A DNA stretch of 62,981 nt, filler included, from Thraustochytrium aureum (lineage: Eukaryota): the NCBI GenBank assembly GCA_012862495.1. It is 8 parts of 3 records of this genome, joined end to end, with 100 filler letters (N's around TTAATTAATTAA, not from the genome) between each part and the next. Parts side by side here need not be neighbours in the genome. Positions count along the whole stretch, not along the records: positions 39,040 to 45,182 come from BLSG01000456.1; positions 45,283 to 50,324 come from BLSG01000457.1; positions 50,425 to 51,845 come from BLSG01000460.1; positions 51,946 to 57,580 come from BLSG01000460.1; 4 more parts are not named here. One strand, given 5' to 3'. Shown piece after piece: positions 42,583-53,309 of this stretch. Within the stretch, counting starts at the first letter, position 1; each line of letters opens with the position of its first letter. The notes under the pieces are model-generated. The model did no database searches, was not told the origin of the DNA, and saw nothing but the letters and a program-made list of their open reading frames with translations. The position numbers were made by a program, and so were the translations under genes.

Positions 42583-45182
42583 ATGCCGATGCCCGAGCAC
42601 GCAGGCTCCTCACTCGCGGTCGCGATCCTGCACGCGGATGGGCCGATCGGCGATGGGCGGTCCACGACAAAGCACGTCGTGGATGCGGTAGCGGCCTGGA
42701 TTAAGCGCCACAAACGCCGCTGGTCCACGCAGGTGGCCACCTGCGAAGACGACGTGGCCGGCGCCGAGCTCGTCGTTGTGCTCCTGACGGACGAGTTTGC
42801 GCGCAGGGTCAACGAGGGCGAGGCCGGTGATGGCTGCAAGCGCGCACTCGAGTATGCAGCTAGACGGAGGGCTGGCCGGATTGTGACGCTCGTTGCATCG
42901 AGCGCGTTGGGCCACCAGCGCAACTGGAGCGGCCAGATACGAGCCAGCCTGGGCGAGGAGCTGTTCCAGATGCTGCGCGCGAGTTTCGAAGACTCCATGG
43001 CGGGCCTCGCTGCAATCATTGAGAACAAGGCAAAGTTTCGAGCTAGGGTATCTGGGATCCGAATCGCCAAGCCGAGCGAAATCTTTTGGCTACCCCAACA
43101 CTTCAACCCGTTGTACGTAGCGCAAGCCTTGGCCGGCGACTATGAAGCTGGCACGCGCAAAGCCGTCCTCAAAGAGGTGCTCTCCTGGTACCAAAGGGGC
43201 CTGCGGATGGGATCAGGCGAGGAGCAGGTCTTGGGGTTGTTTCGCCCCGCCGGGTTTGGCAAGTCGGTGCTGATGGCCAAGCTCTGCCAGGAAGGCGGAC
43301 TTTTCTCCGAGCGCGATCCCAGAACTGGTCCAGCTAAACCGACTCTGCTCGTCGGCGCAGCGCACTTCTTCAGGTTTGACGACGCCTGCGCCGCGAGCCT
43401 GCGCACCTGCATCTACTCACTTGCGAACCAGCTCGCCAACGTGATACCCGGGCTTAGAGCGGAGCTTGCAAAGCTTGATCGCAGCGAGCTCGACGATATA
43501 GCCAACTTGGGCGATCTCTTCCAGACCGTGCTGGCCAAGCCGTGCAGCGCCCTCGACGTTCCACAGCACAGCGTCGTCGTGGTCGTCTTGGATGCGCTCG
43601 ACCAAGTCGCCGCGCCTGACAAACAAGCGATAATCGACATCGTCAGAACCGGGTGGACCGAGCACGCCCCCAAATGGCTCGGTCTGGTGGTCTCGTCCGT
43701 GCCGGACGATCGACTCCGGACCCGTGCGTTGGAGGTGCGCGATGCGGACAACATGGAGGATGTGAAGCGTTATCNNNNNNNNNNNNNNNNNNNNNNNNNN
43801 NNNNNNNNNNNNNNNNNNNNNNNNNNNNNNNNNNNNNNNNNNNNNNNNNNNNNNNNNNNNNNNNNNNNNNNNNNNNNNNNNNNNNNNNNNNNNNNNNNNN
43901 NNNNGGAGCCAGTGGTCGAGGACTTGGCGGGCCGCGCAAAGGGCCTGTTCATCTACGCGCGGTTTCTCTGCGAGCGGCTCGCAGACTTTGAGACCCATTC
44001 GCTTTCTCTGCGCATGTGCCACGAAGCCGTCGAAGCGCTCCCGGAGGGCCTCGACCACGTGCACCGCAGCTATTTTGCGAGGCTTTGGCGAGTCGCTTTG
44101 CAAGGCGACTGTGACAAGTACCAAGCCCTATTTGGTTGCATGGCCCTGGCCCGCGAACCGCTGCCGCTCGCGGTTGTCGCCGAGCTGCTTGGCTTTGACG
44201 GGTCGGCTCTAGGGAGCTTTCTACGCAGAGCGCGCGTGGTGCTCAACGTGCACGACGATTCGGTCGCATTCGTCCACGACTCTATATGCACCGTCGCGCG
44301 GGGGGCGGCCGCGAGACGAGGCCACGCGAAACAAGACCACGCAAGCCTCGCGGTGGCGCTGCACGGCGGCTCAAACAAAGGTTGGCGTTTGCCGCTCGCC
44401 AACTGATGTATCATCTGCTCCAAAGCGGGCAGTACAACGCTGCCGCCGACAAGTTGCTCGACCTTGCCTGGCTCGTCAAGGTCGCCGAGCTGGGCGGGTG
44501 GCGCAACTCGTGCAAGACGTTAAAGTGAACAGAGACCTCGGCCGAAATGCCGATTGCGCCGCGCGCGCCCTCAAGGAGAGCCTGCGCGCCGTTAGCCTCG
44601 ACTGGCGAGAGTTGCCCAGCCAGCTGCTCGCTCACCTCCCGGAGGAGCACCCGCTCGTCGACCAGGCCCGCTCGTTTCGACATCGAGACTTTAGCTGGCT
44701 GTGCCCCACGCGCGTCAAACCCGCGCCAGCAGACCTCTCGGAGGTGGGCGGGTTCCATTTGTCCGTGTTGGCGGTTGCTCTGTCAAGCGATGGCCTGCGC
44801 ATCGTCATGGGTAGCAAGGATACGAAAGTGCGCGTCTGGGACGCCTCCACCTGCCAAGAGCTCCTCTGCCTCTTGGGGCATACCTGGAGAGTCGACTTGG
44901 TGGCTTTCTCGCGCGATGGCAAGCGAATCGTGTCCGGAAGCTGGGATATGACCTTGCGAATCTGGTGCGCCGCGTCGGGCCGGCAGCTCCACTGCTTTGA
45001 CGGCCACGGAATTCGAGTGAGAGCAGTTGCCCTTGCGCGCGACGGCCACCGCGTCGTGTCTTGCAGCCACGACGCCTTCGCAAGAGTCTGGGACACCAAC
45101 ACAGGCCAGCGGCTCTGCCGTTTAGTGGGCCACACGGACCCGGTGGCCTCGGTGGCCTTCTCGCGTGCCGGGGAGCGAGTCG
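42583..45182 (+). CDS. TIR-like + NACHT/STAND P-loop + WD40 repeat (NLR-like) protein; gap and frameshifts at ~44290-44510; 3'-truncated
   Basis: TIR-like VVVLLTDEFARRV...DGCKRALEYA...WSGQIRASLG; Walker A RPAGFGKS; AAHFF; SLANQLA; Walker B VVVVLDALDQ; KGLFIYA; LPEGL; WD40 repeats VALSSDG..IVMGSKDTKVRVWD and LLGH..VAFSRDGKRIVSGSWDMTLRIW. Confidence 0.85.
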
Positions 45183-45282
45183 NNNNNNNNNNNNNNNNNN
45201 NNNNNNNNNNNNNNNNNNNNNNNNNNTTAATTAATTAANNNNNNNNNNNNNNNNNNNNNNNNNNNNNNNNNNNNNNNNNNNN

Positions 45283-48200
45283 GTACTTACACTCGTGGCT
45301 CATCCTTTAGCTGAAGAGATGCTGAACGTGCGTCGCAAAATGCCGTGACGGAAGCTGCTTTGTGAGGGTGTCCGCAATGTTCTCGTTTGTGTTGACGTAT
45401 TGAATGTCGATCGAGTTGCGATTGCATTCTTGACGGGTACGATGATACTTGGTGTCGATCCACTTTGCTCGCTTTGAGATGACCGTCTTCTCGAGATCGT
45501 AGATGACGCTTTGGCTGTCCACGTAGATCTGGGTTGCGTCCTGCGTCAGCCGGAGTTCGTGTAGAACGTGGCGAAAACGGATGACTTCCTTGACGCATTC
45601 AGCGAGAGCGACGTATTCTGCCTCGAAGGTCGAATCTGCCGTAACAGTCTGAAGCTTGGATTTCCAGTGGATGGCGTTCTGTCCCAAGTACACGACGAAA
45701 CCACTGACAGATCTTCGCTCTTTGTGCTCTGAAGCGAAGCTGGCGTCTGCATATGCTGCCAGGGTCAGGTCGTCGCCCTTGAACTGGAGTGAATTGCTTG
45801 CGGTTCCCTTGAGGTACTTGAAAACTTGTCGTGCTGCCTTGACGTGTTTGTTGTCGTGCTTTGCCAGGAAACGCGAGAGCTGCGAGGTTGCGAAAGCGAT
45901 GTCGGGGCGGGTGTTGGTGGCTGCGAAGCTGAGCTTTCCGATCATGGACCGATAGCTTGAGTCGAGTTGAGCCTCTTCTGGTTCTGTCAGGATGACACTG
46001 GATGGTAGCGGGGTGCTTGAGGTGCTCGTGATACCAAAACTGTCCACGCTCTCGAGAACGTAGCGTTGTTGCGAGAGTTTGTAGACGGGTCCACTCCGCG
46101 GCGTCTCGAGCGTGATTTGGCATCCAAGGTATTCCGCCGTTCCGCCCGGTGTGAGAGTCTTGTGCGAGATTTCCAAAACTTTTCCTAGATCGGCGAGGAG
46201 GGCTCGGGTCTTGCGCGGTGTCGCAACGATGAGAAGGTCATCGACGTGTGAGACGAGGAGGATCGATCTGTCCTCGTTGTAGAACAGCGCGGTTTCCGTA
46301 GTGCTTGGTATCATGCCGCAAGTGCCGAGCTGTTTCGTGAGATGCTTCGAGAAGAGGTTGCCGGCGTTTTTCAGGCCGTACAGGCTGCGCTTGACGCGGA
46401 GGACCATGTCCTTGCCGGGTGCAGGTGCAAGTCCAGCAAAGGGCCGCATGAACTCTTGATGAGGGAGGTCTGCGAGGAGGTATGCGCTCTTGATGTCGCA
46501 GGTGGTAATCCGCGTTTCGGGCCGGGCCGCCGCAACACTGATGAGGAGTTTGATGATCGGTGAGGGGACGGTGGGTGCGTAGAGTTCCCGCACCGGCATG
46601 TCCCTCTGCTCGTATCCACGAATGACGAGGCGTGCTCGGAAGCGGATCGGGGACTCGTTTCGCTTGAGCTTGAAAACCCATTTGGCCGTCATTGGCTTTG
46701 AAGTGGCGTTTCTCACATGTGTCCACTCGAGCGTGTGTTCCGAGAGGGTCGTAATCTCGTCTTCAATGGCTTTGATCCAGTAAGGTCCAAAGATTGGGTG
46801 CTCGACGGCTTCCTTGTAGGTCTGCGGCTCCTTGTAACCTTGTAGGGCACTTGCGAAGTTGTCCGGGTCACTGTGCGACGCTGCCGCGCCACCTGGATCA
46901 GCGCGGTGTGAGCTCGCGTGTGAGCTCGCGCCACCTTGATAGAGACGGCTTTCCGCGGTGATCTGCACGGCTTCATGGTCGCCACCTTGGCGCGGCACGC
47001 CGTCGCGAGAATCGGCTCTGGCGTGGTACGCCTTTCTGCTTCGCGTGGCCTTCTTGGGGGTCGGAGTTTTGGACTTCTTCGGGGTTTTCCGCTTGTTCTT
47101 GTGGCGGGAAGAAGGGCCAGAAGAGGTGGCCGTTTCAGACGACTGCGGCCTCGAAGAAGAGGCCAGCTGGGGTCGTGCAGCATCCGCGAGGATGTCGTAA
47201 GGACGCCTGGTGCGGGCACTGGCAGAGCGCTGGGGCCTGGTAGGTTGCGGGGTCGTTGGCGGGCTGGGTGCGGGGGCAGGTATTTGGTGGGCTGGGGGAG
47301 TTTGCGACGAAGATGGCATTGGGGACGGGCATGCCGGGGTGCTCGGGGCTGACTCGTCCTCGGTTTCGTCCGGGTCGGCGGTGACGGGGGTGGTGTTGTC
47401 GGCTTCGTGAGATTTCGCCTCAGCATCCTGGTCGGAGTCGGTTGTGGTGGGGACGCTGGCGACGTTGGGCGTAGGCGTCCGCTGGAGAGGATCTTCATAT
47501 GGGATAACGACTCCATCGGGCGTAGTGAACGGGTACGGAGCCAGCTGGAAGTTGCCTGCGGGCACGTGTTCGGGCTCCGGCTGGTGCGCGCGCGTCGAAA
47601 GGTGATCGAAAGAGAGATCGAGGGTCGTGTCTCCGGCATGTTGGCGGTCTTTGCGGGCGGGAAAACTTTTGTCGTGGATGATCACAGATCGGGTAGCGAC
47701 GAGTTGGCCGTTGTCTTGGAGATGGACGAGGGTTGTCTCCTGGGAAAAACCCACGAAATAGCCGGGCTCTCCGCGGTTTCCGAGATGCTTTTGCTGGGGT
47801 CGATGGCTTTGTGCAAAAGCGCGGCAGCCGAAAGGCGGGAACGAAATGAGGCTGCGCATTTTGTGCGGCTCTGTGAACCAGAGCTGGACGGGAGGCTTCC
47901 TGTTCTTGTCGCCGGTGATGTGATTCAGTATCAGGCGAGCGTAGGCGAAGGCCCGAGGCCAGTGGTACGCGGGGAGGCCGCTGGATTTCAGCATGGCTCG
48001 GGCCATGGCCTCGACGGTGCGGTGTTGTCGCTCGACGGGGTTGTGGATTGACGTGTGCGGGGCGACCTTGATGTGCTTGATGCGGAACTTGCGTAGCAGT
48101 TTCGAGAAGTCGGCGTTTTCTGAGACGAGCTCCTTGCCGTTGTCAGTGATGACGTTCAACGGAAGTTTAAGAGCGTGCGAGGCGTGGCTGACTTCCTGAA

Positions 48201-50324
48201 GAAACATCTCGAACGCGCTGGCGACGTCGGATTTGTTCCGGATCGTGTACAGGAAACCGTATTTCGTGTTGAGGTCGAGAATGTGCACTGCGTGGCGGTG
48301 CTGACCCGCACCGCTCGGGAGGCCACTGATGAGGTCCAGTGCGACTGTGTGGAGCGGGATGTCTGCGGGCCAGTTGGCCGGTCCCTTGGACTTGGGTTTT
48401 GTCGTCATCTTGGTTTCCGCGCAAACGGTGCAGTACTTGATGATGGTCGCTTGCGCTTTAGCATCGAGGTGCTTGCGCAGTTGCGGGTCGTGCGCGGCCG
48501 TCGCGAGGAGAGTCTTGAGGCTGACGTGTCCCAAGTTCTCATGCGGGTTGAACGAGGTGGTGGCTGCGTTTGCCAAGTATGCGCCTATGGAGAGGACTGC
48601 GTCGGGGGCGGGAGCGGGAACGTACAGGCCCCCTCGTTTGGCGAGAGGAATGCGTGTGCCGCATTTCGGGAGGAGGAGGTACGGGTCGTCGACGATGTGT
48701 AGTTCGGCGGCGAGCTCCTCTTGAAGTTTGCTGACGGACACGAGGGTGCAGTCCAGGCCGGGGACGTGGAGGACGTTCGTGAGCCGAATGGTCCTCGTGT
48801 GTCCGGTAGTCGTAGCGACCTTGAGATCCATGGTGCCTTTGCGGTAAACGGTGGTTGTGCCGTTCAAACCTTTGATCGGGCGAGGCTCGATCTTTCGCAT
48901 GTCGCGTAGGAGATCAAGGTCTCCTGTCATGTGACAGTTCGCGCCCGAGTCGAGAAAGTTGTTCGAGCCTTTCGGGAACTTGTTGCTGACGGCGGTCAGA
49001 CTGATGCTTCCGATTGTCGCAATGTAGCCTGAGCTAATTGAGGACGCATCTGAGAGGTCGTCGCCGTTGTGCCGCAGGTGAGCGACGTAGCCCTTCTTTT
49101 GGCGCGGGGCATGGCTCTTCGCTCTGTCACTTTGTCGCGGGTGCGGGTGTCGCTTTTGTTGGCCGTGCTTGGTGTGTGGCCGCTTTCCGTCTTGGGCGCG
49201 TCGGTTCTTTTGTTTGCCTTGACTGCGGTGCACATCGCGTTGCGATTGCAGCTTGCATGCGAATTTCGTGTGGCCTGTGCTTCCACAAGTGTCGCATTCT
49301 ACATCGGGGCGCTCTCGACAGTCCTTGACCATATGGTTGGTTCGACCACATCGGTAGCACGGGTAGCTCGTTGGAGTCTTGTGCTGGGACGACGAGTAGT
49401 ACGCTTTCCCGTCAGCACTCGCTCCGGCCGTGCTGAGCGTGTCCGACGACGCGGAGGCGGTCGCCTTTCCTCTTCGCTCGTACGAGAGGAAATGGTTGAA
49501 TGCTTGTTCGATGGAGGGCGGGACGTCGCTGTTTTGGTACAGGGCGTCGAACAGGTTTTCCGCCACTGGGTCCAGCTGTCGGAGTGTGCGAGAGACGCTC
49601 GCGAAGAAGAGTTCGATGAGCTGTCCTTCACAGCGCGGGTCGTTGACGTAGTTCGGGAAGGCTATCTTGCAGTAGGTTCGGAACGTGGCAACGTAGTCGG
49701 AGTGATTTTGGTCGCCTTTGAAGCGAAGGCGGGTCAGGCGGACGAAATCCTTGAATTCTGCGGTTCTCGCGGCAAAACGCGCGTCGTGCGCGAGCGCGAG
49801 GAAACCTTCCACCGGTTTGAAAGCCGCGTTCTTGCCTTCGGGACGGATGATGTGTTCGTACGTCATCCGGGATTGCTCCGAGGTGTGGTTGACGCTTTCC
49901 AGTACGGTGCCGATGAGTAGCTTGAGTACGAGCGGGGCTTCGACGATGGTGGTGCGGTCCGGGATGCTGTCGTTTTCTCCGAGGTACGCCACGATGTCGT
50001 CATGGGTCACACCGAAGATGTGCAGAGTACTGCTGAGGAGTTCCTTGATGTCGCGCTGGAAGTCAAAGAACTTGCGCTTCCCCTTGTACGTGATGGACTT
50101 CGCCCTGATTGCGAGTTCCGATTTGGTCGTTTGGAACTGGGCGACCGGCACCTTCAGGGTTTCTATGTGCCTTTCTTCCGTCTTGGTAGAACCATCCGGG
50201 TTGGTGATGGTAACCTTTCGGCGGGCCACGATGAGGTCGCCGTTGAACGTGACAGTTTCGCTGCTGGTGTTGGTCGGCATTTTCTTGTTTTTCTTGGTTG
50301 TTTCGGGTTTTGTAGTTTTGTCGT
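45283..50324 (-). mobile_element. Ty1/copia LTR retrotransposon internal region (LTRs collapsed out of the assembly)
   Basis: The scaffold is almost entirely one gag-pol ORF. A purine-rich stretch after the stop is followed by TGTAAGTAC (45291-45283), a likely 3' LTR start where the contig breaks. Confidence 0.95.
45307..50280 (-). CDS. Copia Gag-Pol polyprotein (Gag, protease, integrase, RT, RNase H), 1657 aa, intact
   Basis: Two CCHC knuckles (CYRCGRTNHMVKDC, CDTCGSTGHTKFAC), protease FLDSGANCHM, HENLGH..CTVC, integrase ALDL/ITDNGKE/NPVERQHRT, RT KWVFKLK..RARLVIRG, DIKSAYL, LYGLK, HVDD, RNase H AYADASFA..EAEYVA..ADTLTK. Integrase precedes RT, the copia order. Confidence 0.97.
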   Translation of the reverse strand: MPTNTSSETVTFNGDLIVARRKVTITNPDGSTKTEERHIETLKVPVAQFQTTKSELAIRAKSITYKGKRKFFDFQRDIKELLSSTLHIFGVTHDDIVAYLGENDSIPDRTTIVEAPLVLKLLIGTVLESVNHTSEQSRMTYEHIIRPEGKNAAFKPVEGFLALAHDARFAARTAEFKDFVRLTRLRFKGDQNHSDYVATFRTYCKIAFPNYVNDPRCEGQLIELFFASVSRTLRQLDPVAENLFDALYQNSDVPPSIEQAFNHFLSYERRGKATASASSDTLSTAGASADGKAYYSSSQHKTPTSYPCYRCGRTNHMVKDCRERPDVECDTCGSTGHTKFACKLQSQRDVHRSQGKQKNRRAQDGKRPHTKHGQQKRHPHPRQSDRAKSHAPRQKKGYVAHLRHNGDDLSDASSISSGYIATIGSISLTAVSNKFPKGSNNFLDSGANCHMTGDLDLLRDMRKIEPRPIKGLNGTTTVYRKGTMDLKVATTTGHTRTIRLTNVLHVPGLDCTLVSVSKLQEELAAELHIVDDPYLLLPKCGTRIPLAKRGGLYVPAPAPDAVLSIGAYLANAATTSFNPHENLGHVSLKTLLATAAHDPQLRKHLDAKAQATIIKYCTVCAETKMTTKPKSKGPANWPADIPLHTVALDLISGLPSGAGQHRHAVHILDLNTKYGFLYTIRNKSDVASAFEMFLQEVSHASHALKLPLNVITDNGKELVSENADFSKLLRKFRIKHIKVAPHTSIHNPVERQHRTVEAMARAMLKSSGLPAYHWPRAFAYARLILNHITGDKNRKPPVQLWFTEPHKMRSLISFPPFGCRAFAQSHRPQQKHLGNRGEPGYFVGFSQETTLVHLQDNGQLVATRSVIIHDKSFPARKDRQHAGDTTLDLSFDHLSTRAHQPEPEHVPAGNFQLAPYPFTTPDGVVIPYEDPLQRTPTPNVASVPTTTDSDQDAEAKSHEADNTTPVTADPDETEDESAPSTPACPSPMPSSSQTPPAHQIPAPAPSPPTTPQPTRPQRSASARTRRPYDILADAARPQLASSSRPQSSETATSSGPSSRHKNKRKTPKKSKTPTPKKATRSRKAYHARADSRDGVPRQGGDHEAVQITAESRLYQGGASSHASSHRADPGGAAASHSDPDNFASALQGYKEPQTYKEAVEHPIFGPYWIKAIEDEITTLSEHTLEWTHVRNATSKPMTAKWVFKLKRNESPIRFRARLVIRGYEQRDMPVRELYAPTVPSPIIKLLISVAAARPETRITTCDIKSAYLLADLPHQEFMRPFAGLAPAPGKDMVLRVKRSLYGLKNAGNLFSKHLTKQLGTCGMIPSTTETALFYNEDRSILLVSHVDDLLIVATPRKTRALLADLGKVLEISHKTLTPGGTAEYLGCQITLETPRSGPVYKLSQQRYVLESVDSFGITSTSSTPLPSSVILTEPEEAQLDSSYRSMIGKLSFAATNTRPDIAFATSQLSRFLAKHDNKHVKAARQVFKYLKGTASNSLQFKGDDLTLAAYADASFASEHKERRSVSGFVVYLGQNAIHWKSKLQTVTADSTFEAEYVALAECVKEVIRFRHVLHELRLTQDATQIYVDSQSVIYDLEKTVISKRAKWIDTKYHRTRQECNRNSIDIQYVNTNENIADTLTKQLPSRHFATHVQHLFS

Positions 50325-51164
50325 NNNNNNNNNNNNNNNNNNNNNNNNNNNNNNNNNNNNNNNNNNNNTTAATTAATTAANNNNNNNNNNNNNNNNNNNN
50401 NNNNNNNNNNNNNNNNNNNNNNNNTGCAATGCAGTGCACCGCAACCAAACGCCTTGGAAGGCTCAAGTACAAGATGGTTTTGCAAAACGCCTCCGCCGCC
50501 CAAAAGACTGCGAAATACTTGCAAATCAAGCTCGACGATGCCCACGCAGATATCGAGTTCCTGAATTGCGAGACGCGTGTTCTAACTGATATCGTCGCTG
50601 ATCTCGAAGCCAAATGCAACATGATGGACAAGATGGCGAGCGCCTGAACCGCCAAGCGCCAGGCAGAGCGCGCAACTTCAAGCCGAATAACTAGGGACGA
50701 AAAAATCTGAAAACAGCAGCGCCAGCGCGATCGAGATGAACGCAAGAAGAAAGCATAACCGATTTTAGTTTAGCAGGAAGCGCGTGCGCCACTCAAAATT
50801 GGCTCACTTGCATCAAGTTCCCGGCATGGTGTCAGAGGATTTGCGTCACGAGCCTGAGCCTTTCGTGGCCATAACGTTCACGACTGTGAACTAAAAACGG
50901 TTTGAGCTTGTTCTCAAAACAAAGTAAACTGCAAATGAATTGACAAGGCGAACCAAGAACTCGCGCGAGCCTTGGCTGCGCACGGATTTGGCGCGAAGGC
51001 TTTCGCTCGCGCTGCATTCCCATTTCCCCTGCATGGCATCCTTACGCGATCCGCATGCGGACCAGACTTTGCCGCGCTGTCTGGCCACGGCTCGCATTCA
51101 AAGCGAGTCGAATTTCATTTGAAGGTGCCTCCGACCGGGTACATGGCGAGCAGGTCCTCACTCC

Positions 51165-51773
51165 GTGCTCGTGCTCTTCATCGTCATTATGCTGGTCAAA
51201 GACGAGGCTCGGGGGTTTCAGTGCGTATTGACGTGCAATTTGTTGGTGTACCTGGTCGCAACGTGCTTCTTTGCCACCAGATACACGGATGCCAGTCTAG
51301 GAATCGTTTCTGTCGTGGTCAACCTTATCGGTATCGCTTTGATGGCTATTGCGCAAACCCCCGGACAACCCGCGACACGCATAGAAGTCTCCGATGTTCT
51401 GGCGGTCGCAGCTGCCCTCGAGGTGGGCGCCGCAGGGCTTCGTATTGAGCGAGCCGCGGCAGAGTTTGCAAGGGCTGCGCGTGAAATGCAGTTAGCCAAA
51501 GCCTCGGAACTGCAGGGAAATGCGTCGCAGGGCTCTTCCCAGCGAAAGGAAGACAGTAATGATCACGTCGAACAAGGCGGGGAGGATGCAAAAGGTGCAA
51601 AAGAGGTGGCCAACGAGTGTGCAGTATGCCGCCACACGTATGACAACGATGCCCATGCCCCTTTCGTCTACGGCTGTGAGCACATGGCCTGCAAAGCCTG
51701 CATTGTGGGAGTGGAGCGATGTCCTACATGCCAGAAGCCCGTCTCGAAATGCTCGCGCGTGCAGCAGCCATAA
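51165..51773 (+). CDS. Membrane-anchored RING-HC finger protein (start uncertain)
   Basis: N-terminal hydrophobic segments, then CAVC...GCEHMACKAC...CPTC (C3HC4). Confidence 0.75.
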   Translation: MLVLFIVIMLVKDEARGFQCVLTCNLLVYLVATCFFATRYTDASLGIVSVVVNLIGIALMAIAQTPGQPATRIEVSDVLAVAAALEVGAAGLRIERAAAEFARAAREMQLAKASELQGNASQGSSQRKEDSNDHVEQGGEDAKGAKEVANECAVCRHTYDNDAHAPFVYGCEHMACKACIVGVERCPTCQKPVSKCSRVQQP

Positions 51774-51946
51774 TTTTCACACTTATGGGAAGTTTAGCGT
51801 GGCCACGTCCGGAATGCACAGTCGCCCACAGTCGCAAACGCTTCGNNNNNNNNNNNNNNNNNNNNNNNNNNNNNNNNNNNNNNNNNNNNTTAATTAATTA
51901 ANNNNNNNNNNNNNNNNNNNNNNNNNNNNNNNNNNNNNNNNNNNNA

Positions 51947-52426
51947 GTTCCGGTGTCTGCGCCAGCGATCGCGTCAACGCCGGGGCCAGACTCTGCCCTC
52001 GCCGAGGCTGGAAACCGCAGCTCTCGCGCAGGCGCAACCCGCAGCGCGCCGCTGGAAATGCCCTGGTTTGTCCCACCAGACAGGGTCGCCGAGTTGTCGC
52101 GAGTAGCCTTGGATGTGGCGGACGGTTGCTTGGCGCACGCTGGTCCCGGCCGCGGGTGGTCGGGAGCAGAGGCGATGGAGCAACAAGCCGGGCACGGAGG
52201 AGCGCCAGGCCTGCCGCCTTTTGCGAGCGGCATGGCGTTTACGGACCAAGGTGGCTTGGGCCCGGCAGAGCCTACAGCCGCAGCCCGGGACCTCAACTTG
52301 TTCATCCGAATGTGCGAGATGGACCCGCAGAGCCTGGGCCTCGCCTCGCTCGCCGACCGAAGCGCTGCGCAGCCTGCGATAGTGAGCTTGCAGCGCGAGC
52401 TGGAGCGCCTGGGGACCGCTGTCTAG
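51947..52426 (+). CDS. Hypothetical protein, C-terminal fragment
   Basis: Open frame from the scaffold start with host-like codon usage, ending ...LQRELERLGTAV*, convergent with CYB5D1. Confidence 0.45.
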   Translation, partial: VPVSAPAIASTPGPDSALAEAGNRSSRAGATRSAPLEMPWFVPPDRVAELSRVALDVADGCLAHAGPGRGWSGAEAMEQQAGHGGAPGLPPFASGMAFTDQGGLGPAEPTAAARDLNLFIRMCEMDPQSLGLASLADRSAAQPAIVSLQRELERLGTAV

Positions 52427-52571
52427 TTTGTAAAACCTTTTCCTTTTCATTTTGTACGATACTCAGTCGTGGAGCGGAAACGAACTGCCACACAGCGCAA
52501 CCTGTTGCGGCTGAGCCACGGCCCCAAGCGCGCGCCCCGGAGGCGCAGGTCACGGCATACACCAACGCAGC

Positions 52572-53309
52572 TCAGGCTTCGGTGAGATCGTCCTTGAAGT
52601 AGACGTGAATCGTCGGCACATAGGTCTCTCGCGAGATGCTGAGTTTGTCGAAAAGCGCCGACTCGTCCTCGATCCCGTTTTCAGTGAGCGTCCTCGACAT
52701 GTCGAGCGGGCGGAAGGTGTCCTCGTCCAACACCTTCCAGATGTAGCTCTGCGCGTGCGCATTCCAGTCCATGTACCGGTCCTGGATCTCCTCAAGCGTC
52801 TCCTCCTCGCAAACCTCCAGTTTGGTCTCACTGTAGGTGAGCATGTTGAGGACGATGATTTTCCGAACGCTGCTTGACAGGTTGCCGATGCAATAGGCCT
52901 CGTCCCTCCACCAAGGCTCGTCAAAGTCAGTGCGCCAGTTTGATACCGGCTCGGATGGCGCGACGTGAAGGAAGCGGCCGTGCGGGAGGACGGGCAGCAC
53001 GAGCCCGGTGGCTTCGTCCACGGCGCGCTTCACCTCGCGCGTCGACTCGTCGAACCACGCGGACACGTCCTTCCCGGCATGCGCCACGATTGGAAGCGTC
53101 AGGTCATAGTCTCCGTCGTCCTTCGCAATCACGCGGATTATCGGAGTCAGGTCGTACACCTTGCCAAACACGGAGACCCAGCAGTCGGCCGCGCAGTTGT
53201 GCAGCGCCACCTCTGCTGGTGTGTAAAACCTTCTGTGCTTGCCGATGCCAAGGTCCTCGTCGTCCAGCTTGCCTTCCGGCTCCTTGCCTTCGCGCGAAGG
53301 GCCGCCCAT
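52572..53309 (-). CDS. CYB5D1: Cytochrome b5 domain-containing protein 1 (radial spoke, flagellar)
   Basis: FYTPAEVALHN..DCWVS..GKVYDLT, HAGKDVSAWFD, PHGRFLHV, PWW, YCIGNL, EETLEEIQDRY..WNAHAQSYIWK, LDMSRTLTENGI, IHVYFKDDLTEA. Confidence 0.95.
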   Translation of the reverse strand: MGGPSREGKEPEGKLDDEDLGIGKHRRFYTPAEVALHNCAADCWVSVFGKVYDLTPIIRVIAKDDGDYDLTLPIVAHAGKDVSAWFDESTREVKRAVDEATGLVLPVLPHGRFLHVAPSEPVSNWRTDFDEPWWRDEAYCIGNLSSSVRKIIVLNMLTYSETKLEVCEEETLEEIQDRYMDWNAHAQSYIWKVLDEDTFRPLDMSRTLTENGIEDESALFDKLSISRETYVPTIHVYFKDDLTEA

